DNA of 64,000 nucleotides from Lepidodermella squamata (GCA_047495785.1 JBLDXI010000032.1:1674001-1738000), one strand, 5' to 3'. Numbered from the stretch's first letter, positions 43,920 through 58,845 are shown. Notes: a model not told the origin generated them from the sequence alone. Made by a program: numbers and translations.

Positions 43920-46900
43920 TTAAAAATCTGAAAAACCGGACCGGCCTTGGTGAGGCTCGTGGTGGTAGTTGTCGCCGCCTGGCTGCGAGAGGACGACTTT
44001 GAGTTGGCCTGAGGCCGACGAAGCCGGTTGTTGGTGGCCGGACGGGTTGCGGTGGCGCCCGCCCGCCTGTGACGAGGCCGGCCGAGCACCCGGCGGCCGG
44101 TTGCCGCGCCGCTTTCGCATATCCTCCTCGTGCACCATTCGGTAAACTGTCGAGTCGGTAATTTTCTGAGGCGGAGCACCAGGCCGACCGCCCTTGATCC
44201 TGAAGAAAAAACATATCCACAGCATTAATTCAAATTGAAAAAAGTAATTCGTAGTTTGGAAGGTTCAGAAAATCATGAAAAGGACAACTTTTGCGAGAGG
44301 ATAATTCAGCGTGTCCCATAAGTTGCGCAACCATTTTTTAATTTTTGCTAATTTTTTTAAGGACATTTAAATTATCCCAATCTTCCTATTTCACCGAAGA
44401 AATTAAAAATTTATCGGAGAAACCCAGGAAAACCCGATGGTATATGGTTCGGTAATTTTCGGTTTTTACCTGGTTGGATCAAATTTCTTCGGATTTTTTT
44501 ATCCTATTCACAAGAGGCATACTTGATTACTATTCTGAAGGCATTTTAGATTGTCCACGCTTAATTATGGGACACGCTGTAGATACAGGCAAGATTAGGA
44601 AAAGAGTGCGAGGCGAACTTTTTCATGATATGAAAAATATTTCTGAAATGTTTTTTTTTCTTGGTTATTTGTACACACATCGAAATTTTAAAAAAAATCT
44701 ACCCTAATTTTTTTTCGAAATGCAAAAAAAATTCAAAATGAGAGGCCAAACCCAGACTGATTAAAAATTCCCACGCTTGGCAAAAGAGGAATGTTGGCAC
44801 AATTTAAACAAATTTGAAAAGACATTTTTCGGCATTAATAAACGAGCGGACATGCGGAAAACCGATCGGAATTTACCGATCGAGAGCGCGAAATTGCAAG
44901 AGTTCAAAGTTCATCAGGGTGAGATTTATTAGGAAGATGAAAGGATGAGACTATACTGGCTGGTAAAGAGAGACATTTTCCCAATGTGCAACTTGGAAAG
45001 ATTTCTATCTACGAGAAAAAACAGAACAAAATCAAACTTGACCAACGTTAAGTTTTCACTAAAAAATTATAACAAATCGTTGATAAGCGTCGAATTTTCG
45101 AATGTAGACTTACATGATAGTTCCCTCCGGTCCGCCGACAGTCTGGCTCTCGAGCGCCTGCTTAGCCGCATCGGCTGAGTACAACTGCAGCGGGCTGTTG
45201 TACTGCAAATGCACGATTTTACGGCCATCCTCCGCCTCTTTCGTCTCAACGACTTGAATCGGCTCGGCGGGCGGTGGGGGCTCGCGGCGTCGGTGGTCGC
45301 GATGATAGATCGGGTTATCCGGGTCGATCATTTGACCCTCAATCCAGGCAGACGGGCTGGCTGAGTGGAGAGTGCCTTTCCATGGCGGCACGTAGTTAGC
45401 ATCGACCTCCTCCGGCCGGTTGTAGCCGGCTGAGACGGGCGTCTGGACGTAGGACGGCGTCTCAACAGGCTGGCCGACGTAGCCTGAGTACTGGCCCTGG
45501 GCGTAAGGATAGGCCGTGTAAAGGTTCGAGGCGGTCGACGGAGCTCGAGACGGCTGGCTCATGCCGCGGCGGGGCTTGAAGCCGCGCGGCATCCAGCAAA
45601 ACTCCGGAACCTTGCTGTGGCTACCCTGCGGCTGGCCCAGGGATGAACGCGGCCGGATGAATGCTGAGTATGACGAGGGCGTCATGCCCCGCGGCGCCCG
45701 CTGCCCGGCGCAGACACTATGCGCCCGTGTTGGCCTGTTCGTAACCGGGGTGTAGTCGTAGGGGCGCTGGGCCGGGCGCGGGCGGGCGTGCTGCGCCAGG
45801 TAGCTGCTGGGTGACACCAAATCGCCACCCTGTTTATTCCGCTTGTTATTATCTGTTGGAACGTAGTAATAATTCTCCGGCGATTGCGGCGACAACGCGT
45901 CGTCGAGGTGCAAACGCGACGGCCTGTTCAGCGTCAACTGGTCCAGCGACTGCTGAACCCTGTGCAGCATGTACTCATCCTGGTTCGGGTTGTAGTAGGC
46001 CGGCGGTTGTTGCGACCTAGGCGACGTAACCGGCGTCGAGTAAGGATTCTGCCGCCTTAGCGATATCTGCGTCGGCCGGCCCGTTGTGCCGCTGTGAACC
46101 GTTCGATACATAACGTTAGGCCTGTCGTGCGATTGCTCTTCCTGCGGCTGCTGTTGTTGATCGTCGTAGTTACCGCCGGACGGGTGCCACGAGTTCGAAA
46201 AATTAACCGGGAACGCGTTATAGCTGAGTGGCGCGTGAAATCTCTGCGAATGCGACACTTCATTATTATCAAAGCCATCGTTAAAATAATAGTTATTTCG
46301 GTAACTTCGATAGTCTTGCATGTTGTGTAACGTAAGTGCTTTATTATGAATAAAAAGCTTACGATATTAAAGCCGCTCCTAGCCTTGATTTCGTCGGCGG
46401 TTGCTCCCCTAAAAACATACAAAAGTCCTTATATTGTCTAATGACGGTGATGAAAAGCAGGCGTAGTCGGGGGAGTATGTAATGTAAGGGGAAAAGTAAC
46501 TACTGTACAACAATAACAACATCGTGTTTTAAAAACTGGCTTTAGGTACTGTTCCTAAAACTGTGTAAATCAGTAGAGTAAGACCAGGATTCTATCGAAC
46601 TAGCCGCAGGTAAAAACAAGAAGGCCCTGCTTGCGTTCCTTATAGCATCGTTATATACCTATCTCGCCGGCCATTGCTTTGTATAACTAGCCAAGCGGCG
46701 AATTATTATGAAAACATGTATATTAGAGAAAGAGAGGATAGCGAGGAGATCGCGCGCGCGCGCGCAATGCTTCAATATTAAACAGCGCGCAATTTTTCGC
46801 GTGCGCGCGCCAGCGATCGCGAATTTTTTGCGCGCGTTCGCATAACAATCGCGCGTGCTCCGCTGCGTGTGTTTATTAAGGCGGCTATATCACTTATCTG

Positions 46901-47798
46901 TTCGATTTATCGCAAGTACGTTCATCACGGCTGCCTCCGCCGCCGTCTCCTCTCGCCGATGATAATAATCAAACCCCAACCAACCGCTGAAGATACTTTT
47001 TCGCCCGCGTCTCGAGCGCCGCTCTCGCCCTCTTTCTACGCCATGTTCAACATAGGTACTTACAACGGCACTAAATAAAAACCGTAGCGATAGAAAAAAT
47101 ACAGCGATAATATTAGTTTTTTTGTTTATTTATCGGCTTAAAAAACCTATTATATCGCCCGGCTGTAACTTGCGATAATTTTTCGTACCTATACCTATAT
47201 AGTTTTTCCAGGTTCAAAAAAATTGGCGAGACGTGTGTAAAATGTATTAGATAACGAATAAATGAATGGAAAAATAATGGAAGTATAATAATTGGCGTGG
47301 AAAAATAATGTATAGGACACACACCTGTAAATTTGCATCTCGAGCGTACCGCCGGCCTCGCGGGCCAGCAACGAAAGAACGTCGAAATGGCGCCGGCGGA
47401 AAACTTGTTGATGGTCGACAGATATAATCACATCGCCTACTTCAAGTTGACCGTCAGCTGGGCTGCAAACATTTACCTAAAAAAATCAAGATTGAAAATC
47501 AGCTTTCATCTACGCGCAATAAATCCTATATAAAAGTTATTGCGCAAAACTGTTTATTAAGGCGGATTTTTTAAATTGCGCGCATCAAAAAGTGTTAATT
47601 AATTACCTGGGTGATAACAACCGGTGTTTGTCCAAAATCCAAACCGCCAGCAATGCGGAAGCCCCAGGGTGTTTTAAAGCTATCCCTGTAATGCGAGAAA
47701 AAAATGGAAATTTTCCACGTATCAAAACTCTGGCGATCAAACCTGACTAATTGAAGGGAAATGGGCTCTGGGTATTCCTCAAGCCACCATTTGCCCAT
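43920..47798 (-). CDS. PDZ + ZM-motif protein (Zasp/PDLIM-like, no LIM seen)
   Basis: PDZ exons PWGFRIAGGLDFGQTPVVITQ|VNVCSPADGQLEVGDVIISVD; ZM motif VHLQYNSPLQLYSAD; last exon DSTVYRMVHEE...GFSDF*. Splicing into the 45110-46321 region was not resolved. Confidence 0.8.
44307..44579. mobile_element. Tc1/mariner-type MITE in an intron
   Basis: TIR CAGCGTGTCCCATAA / TTATGGGACACGCTG; TA on the right flank, TT on the left. Confidence 0.7.
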
Positions 47799-48057
47799 CG
47801 CGATTTACGAAATCGGCTTTGAAAAATCTAAAGGTGTGCAAAAATTGAAACAATTTTGTTCAACCTGGTGTGTTACTTTTTGAGTGCAGCTAAAAATGCT
47901 CACCCGAAATGATAAAAACCGCTGTATGATGATAAGAACACGGCAGGAGGATCGCTTCGTTGCTTCTCTTTATATATTATTCGATGTTCAACGGCTGGGC
48001 GTTATGTAGTTTCGCCCGTTATACTTTCTCGAAGCAACCTTGTACAATGCGATGGTG

Positions 48058-48101
<44 letters not shown>
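48058..48101. repeat. (AAT)n microsatellite
   Basis: About 14 perfect AAT units. Confidence 0.95.
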
Positions 48102-49259
48102 TCAGTACAGATTCTACCTGTGTTTTTTCTCGATCGATCGATTCGCTCAGATGAACGGGAGGTAAAGGTCTTGGAGGTTCTTATAATAAACAGCAGCAGC
48201 AGCGGCTGGGCCAACCAGCGCAGGTATATCAAGGTGGATTTTTATGCGAATTCACGGTGAAAAATTATTGTTGTTATTATAGGTGTATATATTGCGAAGA
48301 AGAAGAACGCGGCCGATCAGCAGCGCCAGTTCGAAGCTATTGTTCGCATTGCAGCAGCAGATGAAGCCTTTGTTATCGACACGTGCACGCGTGTGCTGCT
48401 CGGCAGATGCGAACGGAGGTAAAAAAACGGCGGCAAAAAATGTGCGAGAAATTGTTGTAATAATAAAACATTCCGCTTATTCTCATCTCCTTTCTGCTGC
48501 TGATGCCTGCCTGCTCGCTTTAACAATCGAACAGCGAAGACGCGGGCAACACGCCGATATATATGACAGCGAAGTGTTTAACCAGCGTTATAATATAATA
48601 CTTGAAGCAATATGTATGTAGTATAGCACAGCGGAAAAAAATAGGCGCATTCTTTTTGATGAGCGTGCGCAATATATATTCGAATTGGCTAATAATCATA
48701 ATATATCACGCGCTCGTGTTCTTAAGGCGGAAAAAACGCGTAGTTTTTAGTGCGCCTATTTGTTACCTTTTTTTAACGCCAATGAAAATAAACGGAAATT
48801 GACGGGTGCAATTTTAATCACTCAAAAATATGAAACGTTTTTTTTTCTGTAATCAAAACATTTTTATTCTCAATCATTTTTTTCGATCATTCCTCCCAGG
48901 CTAATTTTTTTCAGTTAATTAGGTCAATTAATTTAGTTCAATTCCAACCGACAAGACATAATTTTTGGCATTATAAGTTATACAATCAGCGAAATTTACA
49001 TAAAAAACGTAGTATTTTATAATAGCCTGTGGTGGAAGTAGACGTCAACTGTCGAAAGCGTCCTTGGTTACAAGGTTAAAAATCTGCCGTTGCTAAGGAT
49101 AATTGACAGCTAAAAAAAAACGTGCACAAGAAACGATATTTTTTTCTATACATTTTATTCGACATGGATTCAAGCGTGATTATAACTAGATTTCAACCTC
49201 CAAATGTTACAGCCGAAATGCCGAAATAGCCCATATTGATTTTGGAGATTCGATATCTA

Positions 49260-52200
49260 TCAAAAATCTGTTGCGTCGCCGTATTGTGCGTAGTTGTTAT
49301 TAGGACCGTTATGGTTGATTGACGATGCGTTGATCCGATGGCTGATTCCGACAGTTCGCGGCAAAGGCGTCGGGCCTTTGTTGTTACCAGTCATGACTTT
49401 CAGCTTCGCGAGGCGGTACGGCTCTTCGCCGTAGTGATTCGTCTCATTTGATGAATCATCAGTAGTTCCATTGCCGTGATACGTGGGCGGGTCACTCGCG
49501 TAGACTGGCTGAGGCGCGCTGTGGTAGTAATTAGCCGACTGCTTAGGCGCGATGTAGTTGGTAAACTGGTCGACATTAGGCTGAGGCCGGGCTGAAACTG
49601 GGTTCCGCATCGAGCTGACCTCCCATTTTGTAGGGCGCTTGTCCCAGGTGGGTGCGCGCGGCACGCTTGGGCGAATGCGGCTGGGCGCTAGAGACACTTT
49701 TAAGGCGGACGACGGCGCCGAAACCTGTTGCGTCATTTGCCGCATAGGCCGAGCGTTGGACCCATTGAAACTCGGGTACAAATGGTCCTGATTCAAACTT
49801 CCATTCTGGTAACGATTTTCTCTTCCATTTTCTTGATTTGGTTTTGCTGGCCTCGGCTCTGAAAAATAAAAATAAAATAAAATAAATTCAAGTAAATTTG
49901 AAAAAAAATAACGTAAATTAAGGCTGAAAATTAGGAAAGCAAGGTATGAGGCGGTTAACAAAAACAAGCATATCTATAGAGAAATGGCAAGCAGGGTGCG
50001 CAAAACACACGGGGAGCTGGCTTCAAAAATTACCGTCGCCATTTTGCGCTTGTTCGACCGAAATCGGCTCTTCAGTTCCGTTTGATTTAGCAACATCTTC
50101 ATCTTTTTTGTCCTCCGTCGAATTATTATTTTCACTTTTGTTTTCACCACCATTTTCTGTAATAGCTGCTGCTGATTCTGTTTTCGGGGCATCGATAGGC
50201 TGCTCCTCGCCTTCCTCCTTAATAGGCTCAGATTTTGCGTTATTATCATTTGAATTACCGGAATTGCTGTTGTTATCAGGGTTAGTATTGCTGTTGTTGT
50301 TTTGAAGGATAGATTGGTTGTTTTTAGCTGACAATTCTTGGCTGTCTAGAACGGCCTGTAGGGCCATGAAAGATCGCGACGGCACGGCGTGGCGCGGCGG
50401 CCCGTCGCCGGCTATGGCGCCACGTTCGAAGTGCTCGGGCGCATCGGCGCCGCTATCACGTGACCCGCTGTGGTGCTGCGGCCGGCGCGGCACGTCGGGC
50501 GGCGGGCGTTGGCGGATGCGAGACCGATTCGATGCTGCAGCTGGGTCCGATATTACAACCGTTTGAACAATAGGCGGCTCGCCGTCGGTCTGTTTCGGGG
50601 CTACGCTATTGTCATCTACAACAGCAGGCAGCAGGCACAGTCACACCAAGGCAAAGAGAGAAAAAGACAAAAAAACACAGATAATATTAAATTACTCATC
50701 TAAAATACGAAAAAAGCCACCGCACCACTACTATAACTACATAAAACGAGATTTTTTGACGTATTTCAAGGCCTATATCAAACGATCCACCTCAATTTTC
50801 TCTATCCATTGAACCATGTCGTAAAATACGCGAAAATTTGATGACTTACCGTCGTCTTTTGCGTTGAGCTCAGTGTAAGCGTGAAGAAGTTGAAAGGTGC
50901 GTGATGGGATCTTGGCGCCGCGGTACCGAATCTGCCGGTCGTCGAAGCCACTACCACAGTCGTCATTATTTGTTGGCGATGCGGTCATCATGCAACGCGT
51001 GGCACTGCTGCATCGCGCCCGCAGCGCGGCCTGGCGAGCGATTTCGGCGGTATCACCCGCGTTCGGAGCAGCCGCTGGCGCCTTCTGCTGCGCCTGGCTC
51101 CATCTATTCGGACGGCGCGGCAACGTAGCAACCACCTTAAATTCAAAAAATTACGAATAAATCACGAAAAATTGGGAAAAGCGTCCTTAGTTACGCACTA
51201 CACTTTTTTCCGTTGCTATGGAAACTAACCATTACCATAACCGATAATGTCCCTAATTAGTGTGAAAAATTACTCAGGAGGTCCTAAACTACAAAATTAT
51301 CTCGAAAGCGTCCTTAGTTACCAGCTATTTCCAAGGCCGTTGCTAAGGTAAATAAAAGGCAAACCTGATCGTAGCATTCTCGAGGAGAAGCGCGGTTTCC
51401 GACCCCAGGTGTTGCGAAGTGAGCCATGCTACTGCCCGGGCGTTGTCGCGGCATAGTCATAGTAGTAATCCGTCTACCACTAGCACCAACAGCAGGCTGT
51501 TGAGGCTGGCTATAAGTCGGCCCGCCGTTTTCGTTGTACCGAAAGTTGCCACTCAAATTATCATCGGCCGAATACTGCTTCGGGCTGACGTAGTTCGGCG
51601 GTTCGTTGTTGTTGTAGCCTTGCTGCCGGCGTTGTTGCCGGTTTTCTTCCTCCTGAATCAATTTGAACAACGGGGTTGACTGAAAGTCTTGAACAGACGG
51701 AGCCGGGCGCTGGGCTGGCGCCAATGGCGCCGCGTTCGTGATTAGACCCCCTGTTTGCATGCGAAATGCCTCGGCTGCGCTGTCGTTCGAGTAAAGGCCC
51801 AAGGGTGAGTTGTACTGGGCGTGGGTGATCACCCCAGCGCCCGGGCCCGGTGCGAAATAGGCCGCGGGTGTGCTCGGTGAAGCGAGACTGCTCGACGCAG
51901 CTGGTGAGAACGAACTGCTGTAGTTGCTACCTGGGCTGTAAATATTCTGGCTTGTCGGTTGTTGCGGCCGCTGACGCGTTCGCTGATAGACAGGCGGCTG
52001 GCGCGGCATGGGCGGCGGCGGCGGTGGTGGTGGCTGTCGCTGTTGGCGATAGCTCATAGGCGATTCTTGACTATCGTCATCGTCCTCATATCCATAATCA
52101 TAATTTCTGCTGAAAAAAATCGACGGAAATTATCACGCAAAAAATGTGAGAAATTAATAATATTTAAGACACCCTGCAACTTCAAACTTGATGTTACAAA

Positions 52201-55067
52201 TCTCAGGTAAAAAATGATGATATAATGATAGGGTCAAATTCAGACCAAACGCGTTACATGAATATTTTTTACCTCCGCCTGATTAAAAATAAAAGAAAAA
52301 TAGTGGAATTATTCGAAATATTCGTACCAATAGATATTTACTTCAAACTAAACCCCAGGAAGGAATTTGGTCAAGATAGGAATTTTTGTGTTAATTGAAG
52401 AGGGTAGTAATAATGATGTCCTAATTAGACACGGTTATTTTTTAGGGTGGCTCATTCCCACGGTGTGTATGTGACCCGGTGGGCTACCGTGCACCACACC
52501 GACAAAACAACGGCTGCTTTGTATAATTAGCCGGTATAATTCACCTGATATGTAACTTCCTAGAATAAAAGCGAAAGTCGCCAGAAAAAAAATAGACGAA
52601 AAAAAATAATATTACGGCTATGAATGCTGCTGGAAATAACAATGGCACTCTTACAAATAATATAAATTGTATATAGACGACCCAGCCCGGTGCGCGTACG
52701 GGACATGAGTATGCGACATTTTTCAAGCCCTGAGAACCGCCTACCATATTACTTACAGCCGCGTGGGTCTAGGTAAACAAATGTCGCGCCTTAATAGCAG
52801 CCGCACAGGCGACGATCCGCAATAATATACCAGAACCAATGCACCCTGGTATTCGGACAAAAAATACCGAAAATACCGATAGTTCCCGAAAAAAACCCGG
52901 TATAGCCAAAACCTATTATTTCGAAAATTAATTACAATTATCGTTCTTTCTATCAATTTGTTGAGTCCTATATTTCATTTTCAATACCTGTTTGAGCCGT
53001 TGCCGTTGCTATAGTAACCGGCTGATGGCTGCGGTTGCGTCGGGTTGTTCCGAGGCTGGTGGAAGCTTGACGTCATACCATTGTTGTTGCCGTTGCCCAT
53101 CGCTAGGTAGGAAAACGGCAGAGGCGCACTGCCCGGCTGTTTTGCCGCGACCTGTTCGAGGCGCGATAAAAAGTCGGAATTGCTACCGGAAGCCGGCGAG
53201 CCGCGACTCATCGTTGTATCCGTATCACTATTGTACTGCATCAAAAATAGTGATATCGAGCTCCAATTAATAAGTTATTCAATTATATTAAACCACAACA
53301 ATCTGGAACTTGTGTTAATATAAAAATGAACCGATTATTTTTCGAGGTTAAAAATTAAGGTGGATAATTAAATAATTTGCATAATATTTAATGGCGGTGG
53401 GGAAAGAGGCCTTAAATAGGGTGTATTTGAGCATTTTTGAATATACCTGTTTGAGAACAACCTCTTCGGCGAACCTTAGCACCTATACCACAGGCAACAG
53501 ACAGTTTTTAGGCAAAAATGTAGACCGAAACAACAAAAATAAGCCGAAAATATCTCTTGCAATATAAGAAAAGTGCCCTTGAGCGCGTAATAACCGCAAA
53601 ATAGCGCGCGCAGTTTCGACAAGCCTGCAATCTACCTGATGGGAGGCGGAAATGTTGCCAACATATCAAGCAAAAAATCGCGATAGACATGTTCCTTTTT
53701 TCGGCAATTTCGCCGGCTCCTTGTGTACTATGCCTCTATTATACAAGCGCGATTTCGCCTTAATACTACGCATGCACCGATGTGTCTTGTTTTATGTTAT
53801 TATTGTTATTATTATTATCAAGCAGCGCTTTCATGGCTATGCTGTATAGGTAGGAAGCAGCCGACGGCTTTTGGTACAAGCAGCGAGGCGCTACATTTTA
53901 AAACAACGCGGGTGGGCGGGGCGGTATTCGGAAATTGCCGGAATCACGAATCAGTCGAAATAAGACGAAGAAGAGGCTATAGGGGGTTTGAACAGCTAAA
54001 TAGCATGTTGTATAGCATTTTGATAGTTGTTATAACAAGCAGACAAGGCGCCGAAAAGGCAAGAAACAGCACGTTGCGCGTAACAACGCACATTTTTGGC
54101 GCGCGTAATTATTAAGGAGGCGCACGCGCACAAGCGCGCATTTGACCTACAACTGCGCGCGCGCGCGCATAATTATACGCAGATGCGCTCGGTGAATCAT
54201 CATCGCGTCGTTAAGCAGCAGCAGCAGCGGTTGAACAGATAGATGCTATTAGATGTTGGTTTAACACCGGCCATCAACAGGCACGTTATATACTAGAAAA
54301 ATTGATGCGGGCGCTGTTTACGCGCTCAGCGTGACCGAGATTGATTGGCACCAAGCTGGTACCCGGCACGCTTTTAACAAGATGATTTTCATTAGAGATA
54401 CTGCCCACAGTTAAATACAACAAACAAACAAATAAAAGTAATATTTTTTTCTACTCACCTTAGTCGAATCACAAGTGTCTTCACGGCTGCAATTCGCTGC
54501 CATCTTTCGGCTCACATTATTATTATTGTTATTGAATTGACGGTAAGCTGACGATGACTCATCGCCACCTCCAGTACTACTCGGCGGGCTGAGAATCATC
54601 AGCATTTGGTCGTCTTGAGTCACTGGCTTCAAGTCACCCTGGCTACGGCTTGGTTTCGGTGATTGTAAGCTCGACTGGCGTGGTAGGGTGGTTAAATTCC
54701 GGCCTTTATTATTATTACCCTGTTGAATCTGGGTCAAATAATGCTTCCGCCCTGTTGGCGAAGCTTGAAAATGCGGGCTTCGGTCGAAAATGTCATTCTG
54801 TGATGTAACAATGAAAGTCGATGGCGGGGAACTGACGCTTTTCCGCGAAATTTGCGGACTTTCCTCAGCGGTTCCGATCATAATAGCCGGGGCTGAATCG
54901 GTATAACCTGGTTTGAACCCGGACGACTGGTACCCGTTCGGTAACGGTAAGGGTCCAACTGTGCTGACGTCGATATTGCCTATGCTGCCACTAACTTTTG
55001 ATAATTCGTTCAAGAGATCATCGAGGCGCTGCTCAAACTGGCCGCGACGTAAATTCGTCGTAGCCAT
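49260..55067 (-). CDS. Second ZM-motif (Zasp-like) gene with alternative 5' exons
   Basis: Phase-compatible exons 53241-52988, 52106-51366, 51135-50850, ~50615-50034, ~49857-49260, plus an alternative exon 55067-54459. ITHAQYNSPLGLYSND, IPSRTFQLL, VPSRSFMALQ; ends ATDF*. Confidence 0.7.
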
Positions 55068-56660
55068 ACTGAAATGAATAAAAAAGATCCGATACCTAAA
55101 ATAAAAAAATGATGGAAATTAAAGAAGGGTCAAAATTCCGAAGAACACGAAATAAATTGTCTTAAAAAATATAGTTGGACCTAATAGGAAGATTCCTAAT
55201 TAAAATTCTTGGTGCGGAAAATAATAAAAATAATTGAAATGACCAGGGGCGAATTTACGAATTTATGAGAAATTTAAGCAAAAAATCGATGGGGAACTTT
55301 CGAGTGATAATGTAATAATGTAATGCGAGAAGAGCTGTTCTTCTCGGCCTGGGGTTCGGTTGAAACAAACAAAACAAAACAAAACAGCGTAACATATATT
55401 GGGCTCACGTTTTTGCCTCGCTCGATTTGTATCGCGTGTGATCGGTATTTTTTCATTATATTATTACATTATACTACCTCTACATCATGTGATGGTATTA
55501 TTATATATAATATCCAAAAGTATGTGAGCGCTTTTTAGCGCGTATATATCGCGAAAAATGTTGATGATGATAATGCTTTTGTTATGTAAAAGAAGAGAAG
55601 CGCGATTTTTTTCGCCGCAGTGTAGCCATTATTATTGTTATTACAAAACTTGGCGAAGATATTTTCGTGAAACGTGAAGTGCGTTGAAGTAACGCTATAG
55701 GCATGGACTGGGCGGAATTTTGTTGAATACCTCCCGATCATATACCTTTATATTATATATCTGAAACAGTATATCTCACGTGTAGGCTGTGATAATTGCG
55801 CAATCTCCAAGCCGATTGGTAACAATAATAATATTTATTGGCGATTTTATAAGGCGGAAGCATAGCTATAACACGCGCACCGTCTCTATTGTTATTATAG
55901 CCATCGCATGGGCCGTGTTCCAATTTATCGGCAACTATATTATATAGCGATGGACGTGCAACACATGCTTGGTTTTAGTTTGCTACGCTTATTAATTGAC
56001 AGCATTCCGGCGGTTCGTTCATCGCCATTGAGCAAATCATTATTTAAAACGAATAAACAACAAATAGGTATTATAATACCGTTAGAGGGAGTGGAGGTAT
56101 ATTAAGGTAAATAGCGCGTGATCAGGTACAACTTCCCTCGATTTTTATTTTTGTTTATCGAATTATCGGCAATTTTTGGCTTATATAGAGATGGGGCGGA
56201 GAAAAAATATTTTGGCAGACTGTATCATTGTTTTTTCGTCCAACTCTAAAAACGCCCATAATCTAGCGTTTATTTGCGAATTTAGACCCTAGGTGTGACC
56301 TAGGCTTTGCACTGATTAAACAATAAAAATATAAATAAATTAAACAACAAAAAATATATAAATAATAAAAAAAGAGGCCAATTTATATTGCTGCGCGTCT
56401 ATAGGTGTGCACGCTACGCCACTTGATATCTCAATGATGAGACGTACTCTTCTGTTTATTTGCGTTTCGCTATCAGTGTTACAACTTCGCATTGTTACAT
56501 ACCTATATATATCATAGGAAATGGACGGTGGCTTATAAGTGGAATGAACGCATTATAGGATATAAGCCCAGCTTAATTTTTTAATTCAAGATAAAAAATC
56601 CCGGTACACAAGTATAAAATTTATTTCTTCTCATTATTTGTCGCATTAAAATAAAATATT

Positions 56661-58845
56661 TCACAACACCGGACACTTTTTACGAGGATTCATCGGTGAA
56701 CCTACAGGGCATTTGAACACCCTAGCGAATTCCTCACTCTGAGCCAACGGGCCGTGTAACCGAAACCGCGGATGCGAGTGCGAACTGTCAAATTCTTTCG
56801 GCTGTTGTGAAGTACACTTCAAATGGGCATAGGCTAGGAAATACAACCGGTCATCAATGTCTTTAGCTGGTCCCTTTTGAGCCGCAACTTTGCGGTGAAG
56901 TTCAAAGGCGTATTGAAGGCTTAACATATCAGCAATATCCTCAGCAACTGTAGCATTGCTTTTTACACTGAGGCCAAGTCCTTGCCCGAGCTGATAATAA
57001 AAGTCAGCCACACATTGTTTCCTCTCAATCAGGAATTGGTCCGTTAATAGCGACCTCGGCCGAACGCGGCAATCGAAGGAATGAGCGAGTTCGTGGAATA
57101 TCAGAGTCATTATCGTGCCGTACTTAACTGGCTGCGGGTAGGTAACGTCGAACCAGGGTGCCATGACGATAGGAAGCAAAAGGGCCATCTTCCTTTCAGT
57201 AGGTTCCTCGTAAAACGCGTTGATAGTTAGAGCTGGGTAAGTTGGCTCTGTGCCAAAGTACAAGAACCGTAATCTTGCTCCTAAGGCAAAATTCTTGGCT
57301 TGAATATGATTTCTAACAAAACTACCCGGGGTAATCTCAAGACTTCTGTGATAACCATCCAAAGCCGTTTCGTTAAGCACCCAACCTGATGGCCATACCT
57401 CGAAATCTAAGGATGTTAGTTCAGATTCAAGGTATTCCTTAGCAGGGTCACTGAGCCGTTTTGACGTAGAAATCTTTTGGCGCAGTAGGGCTAAAGCTCC
57501 CTGGTACATTCTCGATAGCTCTCGAGCTGCTTCGTCGTTGAAGTAAGCTCGGCGATGGATTGACGCAACTGCGATAGGCATAACCTCCGTCAACTCGTGA
57601 AGGCATGATTTCGCAGTTTTATCCTCTTCGATAAGCCATTTGTCGTTTAGCGCTCTGAAGACCAAGTAATTCTGCAGGGCTCTTCGGCCATCTTGTGTGT
57701 GCAAATGCTCATTCACTACCTTACACATCGCTGTAAGGTAGCTGCAAAATACAGGCTCAGTTTTGACCGAAACCATGCGTAGATCGAAGCCTATACTGGC
57801 CTTGAAAGCGTCACCTAACGATGTCCAATTCAACAATGGACAGCATTTGCTGAAGTCTAAGAATCGCACCTCCCTTGCTGAGGATACTTCAGGCTCGACG
57901 TAAGCTCGATCAAGCTGGCTTTGCAGCAACTCAACCCCTTCAATGATCCCGCCCTCGGATGTGGAGTTTAGCATGTTAAGTATTGCTTTCATTGTAGAGC
58001 GGTTCATTTTGTATCCAGCTCTGACCAGTGCTCCAGGCTTGCTGTTATGCCCATCTGAAGATTGAACTGATATCAAATGGTTGTAGGAGTACTTGGTTAG
58101 TTTTTCGAGACTTGACTGCAGAGATAACAAGTCTTTAATCGCATCCGAGTAGAATCCGCCCAGATCATCGATCACTGACTTCATGTAATCCAGCTCTTCA
58201 CCAGTGGCTGAAGATCCCATTCGCAAGCAGCTATCAAAGTAGTCTTTAACCTTCCGCTCACTCTCCCATTCAAAATTTGAGCTATCATCTAGGGATAGGG
58301 ATAGGGATGTTGAATTTGGTGCTTTAAGGTGGGTTGAAAGCTTACTGAGCAACGTAAGGAAAGACTCTTTAGCGACTTCAGTACTCTCTTCGACAGCATC
58401 AGGAAATCTTCCATTGTCATACTTGCCACATGCGTAGTTGTAGAAATCTTCGCAAGGATCAGCAGTAGGATCAGCGGAATCGAAAATACGCTCAATATGC
58501 GTGGTGCAATCGTCCTCTTGGCAATTTGCCAAAACTGAGTCTCTTATTTTGTCGAACTGTAGGTGCTTTTGGTAGTTTTTCTCAGCTGTGTGACTTATCA
58601 GCCAAATCACTGAGATCCCAGCTGCTAGAATGATTAACGTAATAACAGTTACAATGACCACACAGCCGACTGAAAATTAACTGCAGGTATAAAAGGAGGG
58701 TTCTAGTTTAAAAATCTTCCTCACCCGACCAGCTGCTTTTTGTGGCTCTGTTCGTTTTGCATTTCGCCCGTGACCGCCGGTTATTCGCGACGACCAACTC
58801 TTCGGCAACTTCCTCACGAGCTGCTGAATGAGATCGCGTATTCAT
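56661..58845 (-). CDS. M13 neprilysin-like peptidase NEP-5
   Basis: Exons 58845-58725, 58669-58346, 58288-56661. TM anchor, DPCEDFYNYACG, INAFY, HELAH, EDIAD, HSHPRFR. Confidence 0.92.

Noticed and set aside
48002-48232. Poly-Leu membrane protein ORF
   Set aside because: It is the translation of the (AAT)n microsatellite.
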